DNA from: Convolutriloba macropyga
Lineage: Eukaryota
Direction: 5' to 3'
Length of the DNA: 64,000 nucleotides
Assembly (NCBI RefSeq): GCF_964194025.1
Contig: NC_134474.1
Coordinates: 37,510,001-37,574,000 of the forward strand
Shown here: one piece after another, positions 48,701 to 59,246 of the stretch
Position numbering within the stretch: position 1 is the stretch's first letter
Layout: each line of letters starts with the position of its first letter
The notes under the pieces: model-generated
Databases searched by the model: none
What the model was told of the DNA's origin: nothing
What the model saw: only the letters and a program-made list of their open reading frames with translations
Made by a program: the position numbers and the translations under genes

Positions 48701-51234
48701 GTGTCATGTTCTATGTTCCAAATAAATTTTGTGTTCTTTTTTAATAATGGACGAAGAGGATGACATAATTGGGATAAGTTAGGAATGAATTTACCAAGGT
48801 AGTGTACAGAACCTAAAAATGATCGGAGTTGTTTTAAATTTTTAGGTGCTGTTAGTGATGCGATTGCCGCTGTTTTTGACTCAAGTGGAGCTATTCCAGA
48901 TTGACTGAATTTATGTCCTAACCATTCTATTTCGGTTTTTGCAAAATGACATTTAGGTAAGTTGATTCGTAGATTATCCTCATCTAATTTTTGTAAGCAC
49001 TGGTAAACAAGTTTTAAGTGGTCTTCTTTGGACCCACGGCTAACCACTATAATGTCATCTAGAAAGCAGTAAGTATTTTTTAGTCCGACTAAAGTATAGT
49101 CCATTACTTTTTGGAAAGCTGCTGGCATATCAGTTAAACCGTAGAAACCTGTAATGAACCGATATGTTCCCGTTCTCTCACCGCTGATAATATTAAAGTT
49201 ACAATATCTGGCCGTTTCCGGATTTAATTTAAGTTGGCTGTATGCGTACTTCATATCCAGTGTGGAATAATATGCTGTTTCCTGTGATGCGGATGTGTTT
49301 AAATTTTGCTGAATTGTGTCAATCAAATTATCAATATTTGGCATTTGATATTTGTTTTTGTGAATAGACTTATTTAAAATTTTTGAATCTAGTGCTAATT
49401 TAACTGTTTTATCTCTTTTAACTGTAATAACTATAGGTGAGATGAAATTTTTGTCGGAACAACTATTTAGTTTTATGATGTGTTTTTCATCAAGTAATTT
49501 TTTAAGTTCTATATTAACTAATGGTTGTAAATTAATAGGTACTCGTCTTCCTTTTTGATGAGTAGGTGTAAATTCACTATGAAATGTAGACTTTACTGAA
49601 TGTTTTAAAGATTTACCGACGCGGGTGATGAGTTCAGGAAAGTCAAAAGAAATTTGCCGCTTAATTGGGCATTGATTTTGATCAATGTTTGCCACTTGTA
49701 TTGATTGGATTACTGAGAAACATAGTTTTGGGAAAAGGTCTCGTCCAATGATTGGTCGGTGACCATCTTCAACGACAGTTACATCAACATCTGTGGCTAT
49801 CCAGTCGTTACACTTTATTGATGTCTTGATTATAACTATTATCTTGATTATGTCATTGGAGAAGGTTTTTAAATCGTGTATTTCAGGGGACTGTATCCAA
49901 TAGCTATCTTTGCATTCCGATACCACTTTGTCTGCTAGACTTTTGTTAACGATCGTACAAACACTTCCTGAATCCACCAATGCTTTGGTGCTTGTATTTC
50001 CAACTCGAATGTCCAAATTTACGGGTTCTACCTCACGGGTGTCGGTATTGTATGAGATTGCCGCTACACAATTGTCATCGTAATCATCGTAGTCGGAATC
50101 GTAATTGGCATCGTATATGCTCTTTTGTTGAAGAAGTTTGCTAATATTATTTACTTGTTCGGTCACTGATGTCGTGGTGCCGACTGTAGCCGCTTCCGAA
50201 ATTGAGTCATCTACGTAATTTACTCGAGATCTAGGTTTGTTAGCTTGTTTTGGTTTTCGACAAACCTTAGCGAAATGGTTAGAGATTCCACAATTTTTAC
50301 ATATTTTCCCACGGGCGGGACAATTTTGTCTATGAGAGGGAGTCCAACCATACCCACAATTTGGACAGATTGTCGGTTTTACGAATTGATTTGTAGATGG
50401 TCGCTTTCTATTCCACGATCCTTGGACATTGTTTATCGAGTGAACTTCATTAGTTGAATTGGTTGTTGCGGTTCCAGAGATTTTTAGTTGTGTTTGTATG
50501 CCCATTTCGATACTAATCGCAATTTCGAGAGCTTTTTTAGGTTCTCGTGTTTCTTTTAGCAATTCTCTTTGGATTTCTCCATCTTGCATGTTAGCGATAA
50601 ACACATCCCGTATTATCGATTCCTCACGGCTTCCTAAATCACAATTTAGGGAAAGTTCTCGAAGGCACCCGTAGAACTTTTCCACTGGTTCGCCTTTCAT
50701 TTGTTTTCGAGATAAAAATGTATATCTGTCAAATGTAATATTCCTTTGTTTGGTGAACACTTCATCAAGGCATTCCCAAAGAACTTTCATGGTCACTCTG
50801 TCAATTTAGATACTTGGTTCCTGTGAACCAAAAATTCGTCTCCCTTCAACTCCCAGGCTGAGATACGTTAGGGATACTGCTTTACTGTCACAGTATTTCC
50901 AAGGCTTTTCCCCACATAGTATGCCCACAAGTTCTGCTTTCTGGCATCGGTTAAGCCATGAGTTTTTTAGCTGTTCATTCCTAGTACGTCTGTCTCTTTC
51001 GCTTTGAGCAGTGCTGTTTTGAACGTCCTCCTCGTAGATGGGTTCTGGAGGAAGGGTAACTTTGTCTGGGGGGTCATCAAGAAGAGTATCGATTGATATT
51101 CCTTCTTTAGCCATGATGGCTAACTTTAGCATGACCTGCCATCTGTCCCATTGCAATGGAGGTTCCAACGTCGGTTTTTCCCAAAAGGGCTCGATTCCCA
51201 AGAGTGCGCGTTCTTTTGTAGCTGACTGCGCCAT
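45748..51234 (-). pseudogene. Single-frame gag-pol polyprotein (~1828 codons) with two premature TAA stops
   Basis: ORFs 50806-51315, 48364-50796 and 45748-48288 share one frame. Two zinc-knuckle motifs (CPNC...H...C, CKNCGISNHFAKVC), protease LVDSGS, RT FLDD, RNase H CDAS/TDH, integrase HHCC + IDF/LDQ/VER. Confidence 0.92.
51221..51233 (-). promoter_or_regulatory. Primer-binding site, probably tRNA-Ser
   Basis: TGGCGCAGTCAGC directly abuts the LTR and is complementary to a ...GCUGACUGCG-CCA tRNA 3' end. The Ser assignment is from recollection of invertebrate tRNA-Ser acceptor stems. Confidence 0.8.
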
Positions 51235-51653
51235 GTGATAACCCTGACTATAGGGTACAATCGTGCTGTGAATCCACGTAGATTTAGAATGTATGGATTC
51301 GAGGTACGAATCCAAGTTTCCAACGTCAATTGGATTGTTACTTTTAGAATTGACTACAATCGCGGTGCGAATGTAGACAAATTAAATGATGATGGATTTC
51401 TCCTTCAAATCCGCTAAGTTTTTATCTAGTGGAAAAGAGATTAGATTGTGAACGACTGAATTCAGTGAGAAGATTCAAAAGAATGAATAGTTGAGTAAAA
51501 GTGGGAGGTGTGAACAGTATGAAATAATGACTTTTTAGTCGGCGGTAATTTATAATTATGTGAACATTGACTTTTAGTTTTACAAGGACAAGTATAAATT
51601 AATTAAGTACAATTTACTAAATGAGAACTAAATTATGGTACAACCGTACCACA
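51234..51653 (-). repeat. 5' LTR
   Basis: 420-bp direct repeat, immediately followed on the minus strand by the PBS. Confidence 0.95.
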
Positions 51654-54600
51654 GAGCCTATTACGAGTTTTCTATTGTTACCTGAGCGTTTTTGTCATCT
51701 GAATTAAAGTAAGGTGTTCATTTTATGTGCACTTTGTATATGAGTAAATACTGGAATCTTTTATTTTTTATTTCATTTGATTTTTGAGGCTAATTAATTC
51801 ATTAATTAACTTTAAATTGCTGTTCTATTTTTTTCTTGAGTGGATTCTGTATGTAACAGTTTTCTTGAAGGTTTCTTTTTTGTGCAGAGCTGACACCGCA
51901 AGCTCAAGATGTTTCCGGAATTCTTTCGGCTGTATAATAGTCAAAATTAATCTAGAGTGAAATTGAAGCCTGAAGTGAAACTTGTAAAAAGCGTTGTTGT
52001 ACTGCTGATTAATTGTAAAAATCGGAGCGAAAATGCAGAAGTTTATTGATAACATTTATTGATAAGTTTATTGATAACAGACAATTTATGAAAATTTAAC
52101 CATTTTTGTCAAGTTCTTGCAGTTTTTTTCTCTTTTTAAAATATAGGAACAGTTTGTTAGCCTATTATGATTTTTCTGCTGATTGGTCATTCATTTATTG
52201 ATACGAAGTGCAGAAAAGCAGATTTTTACTTTTTTTGCATTTCTGATATGCTACGTTTTTCGGCTTTCTTCTATTGTTTTTTTTGCTTTAGATTGATTCT
52301 AGACGTCTTATGGTTTGCTTCCGGCTTTGTTTTAGAGCAAGCAGGAAATTGAGTGAATAGAGTTTGAAAATTTTGTTTCTGTGAACAAAATCGAAGAGCT
52401 CAGAAAAGAGTTATTTTAATCCTGCCTTCTTTTGAAACAAAGCGAAAAATGTTGGTGTGCTTGTGTTGGGTAATCCAATATTATCAGAGACTTTTTTTAT
52501 TGTCTCAATTGCGTGAAATAATGTTTTCCGTTTGTAATTGTACTCGTACAAATTGAAAACGTAAATGTTTTGGGTTCGTTTTCGGGATAATTTGCTTTTT
52601 GGCTACTTTTTCTTCCGCTATTTCAATTAAATATTTTTTTTCTGATCTTTGATGCTGACTGTCATCACGAACTAGTTATCTGAAAGGCTGGTTGTTTGGC
52701 GAAGATGTCTTCCAGTTGTTTTGAAATTTTCTGGGAATATTTTTCCCGGCAACGAGAAGTGAGAGCTAGCAAAGAAACCGGAAATTCAGGGAGTGAACAG
52801 AATTTGAAAAGCAATTTTAAACATATTTGAATGGATCTCTAGAATCGTTATTTTGTTCATCCCTTCTTTTAAAACAGCAAATAATGTAGGGGTAGAAGTT
52901 TTTCGCTGAGTGATCAAATATTTTTTTTCAAGTGCTGCTGTTTCAAGCTGTTTTTTAGTTTTATGTTATCTAAGAAATCTATATTGTAAGCTGAAGGAAG
53001 AGCCTTCAGGTAGTTTCGATAGCAGTTGAAAGTTTTCTGTCAATTTAATTGATTTTTACGCTATTATCAAGTTTTTCCACTCTTTTTAGGATTCATGCTA
53101 TTTTTGCAGTTTTGGGCCCTTCATGTTAATTTTTTTGCATTTAATGATAGTTGAGTTGAAGCCCAATGGTTCCAGTTAGTTTTTTTACGTTTTAAATATA
53201 TAGTGCCGGTAGACCCCAGTTTCGTTGACAAAACAATTCAAAAGTTATTTATAATTTTTCTTATTTCTGTTAGTTTTCTCTATGTATTTCAGAAGAAGAG
53301 ATATTTTTTAGCTTGACGTGGGTTGTCTAATATTATGCCAGCGATTGCTCTGTCTCGATTGCATGTAAAAAAGTTTTTTCATGCACTTGTATTCTTGTTG
53401 TAATTGAAAATGGAATTGAATTTCCTGCTTTTTTTTAGTAATGTACTGTTTTGGCTAATTTTCTTTTTGTTGTTTACTTCCATTTTCGGCTCTGATGCTT
53501 GCTGGCATTAGATTCTAGATTTTAAAAAACTATCTTTTTTCGGTGGGGACAATTTCGTGTCGTTTCGTAACATTTGCGGTGCTTTTTGCAGGAAGTGCTG
53601 TGCGTTCAAGCGAAAATGTGTGGTGTCACTATTATGTAACTCTCTGGAATTCATATTCAGTGATTTTGAGGGTCTAATTGTTTTTCAAACGAAAAGTTGG
53701 CTTATATTTACTGGTGTCTATGGTGGTGTGCTACATTAATCTTGTTACACTAATCTAGTGTTTCCTGCTTTGCCTATGAGTTCTTGAAAATTTTTAGTAC
53801 TCGCCTTTTTGCTGGCCCGATTTTTTTGTTAACCCAATTTCTCCCGATCGATATATTATCTCTTTTCAAAAGATACAGAAATGAGATTATTAGAAAGCCT
53901 TCGAAAAACCGCTTTGTTGAACAAAGTTTATCATTTTACTGGCTACTCGTGACAAAATCGACCTTTCAAATTTGAAAAAAAAAACCTTTTGCATTTCCTA
54001 CTTGCTTAAATGTGCAAGTACAATTATGTCCTCTTAAGTGCATATAATTTGAATAGACTAATGACAGTATCGAGATAAAACTAATAGAATAGATGCAACA
54101 ATTTAAACTGACCGCAAATAATTGGGTGTTAAAAGTGTCCAAACAGCAAGAAACAGATGCAGTAAGTATAATAACATGTAATGTAATATCATTTGAAAAT
54201 GATTAACAGTAAATTTTCGGTTCGTGTATCACGAAATTATAGTTTTCGTTTTGTGCCGTTACGGTCAGCAGAAGGCGGTTTTTATATTGCTAATAACTAA
54301 AGATGAGATTTTGAGAACGTTCATTTTAATTTGTGATGTTGTTCGTGGCATTTTATAAGGAGTCATTTTTTTATTTTAGGAATTAAGTTAAAACTGAAAT
54401 ATTGAGTTATTTTAATAGTCATGTGTTTGGAGACTTGTGTACATCTGAATATACTCATTTCAGTTGTAAAATTGAACTAACCGTATTAGGATGATCGTAG
54501 ACGTAAAGACTGACGAAGTTGTTGACAAACCAACAATAACGGTAAATTTGCTGAGTTTATTTACCGAACACCAAAACCCAGCATAATCTAATTTGTGCTC

Positions 54601-54944
54601 TTATTATTGAGTTAAAAGATGAACACTGTTATTAACCGTGCTGGACGTGGGGTGAGAATGATGAAAGTGGTGGCGAATAGTAAAGAAAAGAAGTTGGCAG
54701 ACAGAGAATTGAGGCGGCGGTTAAAAGAAGTGGATCGGGAGCGTTTGATATTAATATGCAAGGAGCAAATAGCCTGTGGCTGCCAGGAGTGATGGAATGG
54801 AAACAGGAACGGAATCAGAGGAGGAGATTATTAGGGAAATGATTTGTATCTCGTATTATTATTATCGTCATCATCATTGTATCTATCGTCATCAACATTA
54901 TCGTTGTTTTATATATGTATATAGTCTTGATTTTCTAATTTAAT

Positions 54945-55892
54945 TTAATGTGGTTTTGGCTCCACTTTCCGTACAAGATTGACATGACCGAACTCTTCGT
55001 CATTTACCGAGAACGCAAGAAGCATAGCGGGAGCCGATGGGCCAGCGTGCGTGCCCGCATAACTTTCCCAGTGACCTTCTGGCTGTCCTGGTGAACTAAC
55101 ATAGATATAGACATTAGTTGCAAGCGCTCGCGCAATCATCCGTAGGTTGGTTGAACTGAGCTCAGTAACATCTTCGGTCGAGTTACTAGACCGTACCCCA
55201 TCGGGGAGATCAAATAGGTAACGATTCGGTCCTGTTTGTCGCAGACGTTTCACCCAGTCTTCGATAATCCCACCAGAATCGCGATCTCCATTAGGCACTG
55301 CCGATAATGCTGAACATACGCAGTTGTACGTATAATGACTCGTACGTACGGCTCTATATTGGAACTGAGTGACATCGAGGGAATCCGAACTGAAAGAATG
55401 TAGCTATGTGATTACAAAAGTATTGTTTATAGGATATTTCAAAGGACTATGTTGCTTACTTCTGCAACACTCGAGAAACTGATTTAGTTCCATCAAATGG
55501 GATTCGCAATTGCTTACATAGTCGCGCTACTCGGAGCCTGTTAATGTGAATCATAGGTTCGGTCTTACGAATCTCGATACGTTGTTGGCACTTTTCGCAC
55601 TGTCGCAATTCGCTGGCAAATCGGACGTAACCTTTCGACGTGGTACTTGCCACGAACCAAAAGGTCGAGCTGCACGCGGTTAGGGTGACCTTCGTCTTGA
55701 TGCATCTTCAGTAGCGTAGGATATGCGTCTTCACTGTGAAGAACTTGTTTCCCACTTCTGCAAGGTTTTCCGTCCCGGATAGTGACTAGGCCAAGCTTCG
55801 TCCGGAAATGTTGTTCTTTGCGGATGAAGCTTTGAGGATGTCTTAGAGAGCTTTTTGTTGTGTAATATCTTGTTATACTCACTGACGTCCAT
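54945..55892 (-). pseudogene. Two-exon gene: integrase-type H2C2 zinc finger fused to an OTU-like cysteine protease; two frameshifts
   Basis: Exon 1 55892-55460 (MDVSEYNKI...LLKMHQDEGHPNR...KYHV...CEKCQ...LCKQLRIPF). 70-bp phase-2 intron 55459-55390 (GTAAGC...TTTCAG). Exon 2 55389-54945 (YNCVCSALS...NG; MIARALATNVYIY; W.SY; GHVNLV). Confidence 0.65.
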
Positions 55893-56285
55893 TATATTTG
55901 AAAGAAACTTGAGTTTTACAAAATTCATAATTTTGGTCAATTCTGAATATTTTTACAAGTTGGGGACTGAAATTTTGCACCCCCCTCGATTTTTTGAAGA
56001 CGATATGACTGAACCAAGCTGGGGTCACCATCGCCCTAGGGCACCCCTAAGCTATTTACAAACCAGGATTGGTAGTGCCAGCTTTACCCAGTACGGATCT
56101 ATTAACACTTATAAGGGGAGAAAGTGATAATTCTGGAGTAAAATCCGAAATCGACCATTTTTGAGTATAATGGACGCTTTTCATATTAGGGTGCAATAAG
56201 GCCCTAAGCCTACGTCTGATTAGGTAGAATACGAACTATACCCCCCAAACTGCGCTATGTAAACAAAGGACCCAGAAACACAAAT

Positions 56286-56603
56286 TTAGTAGTAGGAAAC
56301 TAAGTATACGTTGACTTGTCGGCCATTTTGATTATTTTGGTAATTATGTGCTTCCCTCGTGACTAGGCCGTCAGCCTGTAACTGTTTGACTGATACGTAG
56401 TCCCTAACCCGGAATTCCCCTATGTAAACAAACTGCCCGTGACCCCGGAAAATCTCGGAACCTGTATTTGTGTTGTAAGTTGTGTTATTTGGGCGGCCGT
56501 CTTGACTGACCTTAGTAAGTGCGTCACCATATTGCGGCATTGGTATTATGGAATGTAAACAAAGTGGCCAATAGCGTTGTAGAGAGCTGAATACTTGTGT
56601 CAT
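56286..56603 (-). CDS. Orphan 105-aa ORF inside the 2.9-kb element
   Basis: ATG-initiated, intact, protein-like composition (FVYIGEFRVRDY). No family confidently recognised. Confidence 0.4.
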   Translation of the reverse strand: MTQVFSSLQRYWPLCLHSIIPMPQYGDALTKVSQDGRPNNTTYNTNTGSEIFRGHGQFVYIGEFRVRDYVSVKQLQADGLVTREAHNYQNNQNGRQVNVYLVSYY

Positions 56604-58730
56604 GATGACGTTTGTTTGTTTAAGCAAACATATTGTTTGCTCAGCTTAGTATAAAAGCGGCTTCCACTATAAGCGCAGCGCAGAAGTTGCAAATCGCGAA
56701 CAAGTTAATTATCGATTGTTTGGCATGGTTTGTCGGTATTTTTGAGCGAGAGGCTCTTGTTAATCGTGATTAAGCGTCGTTGCGTTTAACTTTGCCGGGG
56801 CCAGTAGGCGAGATGCTCTGAATAGTCGCTGAGTCGAGCTTAGATTATTTGGCAGTTTTGCCGGTTAGTTCGAGCGGGTAGCTCGATTAGCGTTCTAGCG
56901 TGGTTCAAATCGCTTGGTGACTAGTTAGTTGTAGAGCTATTGCTCTGGTAGTTTTTGAGTTACGGCGTTTATCGCGGGTATATAATCGAGCCGTAGTTTT
57001 TTGTTTTCTCGGGATTTTTGGGTTGATTTGTGCTTACGGATTACCAGTCAGTACTCTGAGTAGTTCTAAGTGTGTGTTAGTTAGTTAGTGCTGTAGAGTT
57101 GCTGTTTTAGTTGGATAGCAGTTGTTGATTGTTGCTTATTTAGATTAATATTTACTGTTACTTTGGTTGATTTTTTATCTATTTATTTTGTTAATTGATT
57201 AGTTGCACTAACTGTTTGTTTGAGCCGGAAAGAGCAAGTAAAAGGGGTCATAAACAAGATCGAACCACCTAACAAAACAACCTTTTGAGTTGTGAGATCT
57301 GGGCGCTAGTGCCCGTTCTAGGCTGCCCAATAAAGTTCAGAATCTTACATCAGATCTGACTTTTTGTGAAAATTGAAACAAACTAGAAATATGTCTGTTT
57401 AAAAAAAATCATCTGTACTAGATTTTGTATACTTGTTGGTTTTTTCACTAACTTTTTATTGAGCCAGTCTGAATTATTTATTTGTCCAACACGTTCTGAC
57501 TAATTTATCAAGTTTTTGCTGTTTCATATCCAAGTAAAAATAAGATTTTTTTTGGCGAAAAATTTTGTCGATAGTCAACTGTGATCTGTATTATCAGTTT
57601 TCATAGAACCAACGGTAGTTAGTGTCATTATTTACGTTTTCGGGAGTACATTTTACTGTTGAAAAAAATCGGTTTAGCTCTTTGATGTTAGCAGCTGCCA
57701 ATCCAACTTAATTTTTTTTTGTGATTTCGAATAATATCTTTTTTCGTTTCTGATCATCTGTCTCAGTCTTGGAAATTGATGTATATTAAATGAGTTACAC
57801 TAGAATGTTTTTTTTTGAGAAAAATAATTGAGAAAAAATGCTTTTACTACGTATAATATGCAGTTTTATTTGAATTTCATTTTATTTCATCTTGATTGAT
57901 ATCACAAATTTTCGCCAATTCCGGAAGACTGTTATCGGTATGCATATGTTGTTACTATCTGTTGTTACTATTGTTTCGACTGTTGTTATCTTGGTTCTCT
58001 GGTTTTGATTTCTGTTACATAGCACAAAAGTTGATTTTTTTATCAAAGTTTTCTGTTAATCTGTCATCGTATCTAATGATAAATTCCTAATGGATCAGTG
58101 GATGATGTAAAAATGCTTTATTTAATAAGTTTGCAGTTGTCAAAATTTGATTTCTGTACTCGAAATGATTGTCTGGTTACCGGTCAACTCTTATTTTAAT
58201 AGGGGGAAGACGATCTTAAAATAAATATCTATAGATTTGCGTCTCCGTTAAATCTAGTTTTTTGGACTCTGATAAATTGGTTAGCAAATGACAGGGTGAC
58301 GTTTTAACTGCAAACGCACATTGCTGATTCTCTTTGTCTTCTGTCCGAAGCGAATAACGTCTCTTGTTTCTGTCAAAATTATTGGGGGTGACATACCTAT
58401 GACAACAATTTACTTAATATCACCATACGAGTTCTTTTTGCCACAAATGCAAGTTAATTAAATTAAAAGGGATTGTTTTTGTAAAACAAGAAACGGTATT
58501 TTTAATTTTTCTCCATGGGAACTTTGTCTTATTATTTTGTTTGTTGTACCCCTCTTTGAACCTGTGGATCTTTATTCACGCTTTCGATCTCTCCACTTCT
58601 GGCCTTAGGCGGTAGATACTAGACACTTCTATGTCACGTTGTCATCTGCAAGTCATATGTAGCCTTAAATTTTGTTTGGAATATGTCCGAACTAATAAGC
58701 AGTAATTGTTATGATAGCTTGTTTTTTAAG

Positions 58731-59024
58731 GTTTTCCTCTTTCTCTAACCTCAAAACAATACCAGCCAGCCATCTCAACTAGACCAGCATCGGAATTGAA
58801 ATACCTACCTCTGGGAACTGTGGATCGAAGTGTTCCTGCAGTGGAACTTCTGGACTCTAAGGAGGATCCGGACTTTCCGTCCTCTGTTGTCTCGGATGGT
58901 GGTGAGAATGACAGGGAACTCAGTTCTGATTCAGGCTGCTTATCAGACGAAGAAAAAGAAAAAGTACAGACAGGTCTCAAATGTAACCAATCAACTACTG
59001 CTAAAGAAGCGGATGCCAAGAAAG
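58731..59024 (+). CDS. PHF10: PHF10 orthologue, exon 3
   Basis: TTTTAAG|GT, phase 1, gives SFPLSL...SELKYLPLGT (cf. YPVAL...DELRYLPLNT), then an acidic Ser-rich linker. Donor at 59024 is the best phase-1 candidate. Confidence 0.8.
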
Positions 59025-59246
59025 GTCGTATAATTTCTATGCACCCACCAATGCTTAAGGTTTCAATTGCAGAAAAGGTTATCAAACGGTTAATTTGAAC
59101 ATTCAGTATAGCCTTTTAAATCCAGACATCAAGTTTTTAGACACCATGAAACAAAGAGCATACCCTACGAGTCATTCTCATTATTAAAGTTTTCTCTGTT
59201 TAAGAAAATTTTTTTGTTAAATTTATAGTTAACATTAAGTGTTTAG

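Larger units (their letters stand above)
44893..51653 (-). mobile_element. Full-length Ty3/Gypsy LTR retrotransposon (Mag-like), recent insertion, antisense in PHF10 intron 2
   Basis: LTRs 44893-45311 and 51234-51653 (TG...CA; I see one substitution and one 1-bp indel). TSD GAGCC (44888-44892, 51654-51658). PBS present. Domain order gag-PR-RT-RH-IN. Confidence 0.97.
54465..57349 (+). mobile_element. 2.9-kb TG...CA element with imperfect terminal inverted repeats (long solo LTR, or Ginger-like derivative)
   Basis: Starts TGTAAAATTGAACT and ends AGTTCAGAATCTTACA (revcomp TGTAAGATTCTGAACT). Flanks TCAGT/TCAGA (4/5 match). Much of the interior is more GC-rich than the flanking intron. TATAAAAG at 56650, AATAAA at 57329. 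Confidence 0.6.

Noticed and set aside
50806-50808. Programmed stop-codon read-through between gag and pol
   Set aside because: The stops fall inside gag and at the end of RNase H, not at a gag/pol boundary, and the sister element has sense codons there.
44337-54300. A further large HINE-like host around the Gypsy insertion (AATAGCT 5' end, AGTGGAGCGA motif, diverged ~440-bp repeats near 52400-52900)
   Set aside because: No matching 3' subterminal repeat or hairpin could be identified.
55886-56176. 11-bp inverted repeat TATAATGGACG giving two divergent ATGs
   Set aside because: Does not extend, and the plus-strand ATG opens only 9 codons; may be chance.
57301-57321. Helitron 3' end (hairpin + CTAG)
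   Set aside because: Only 3 nt between hairpin and CTAG, followed by G not T, and the TG...CA boundary 28 bp further on explains the end better.
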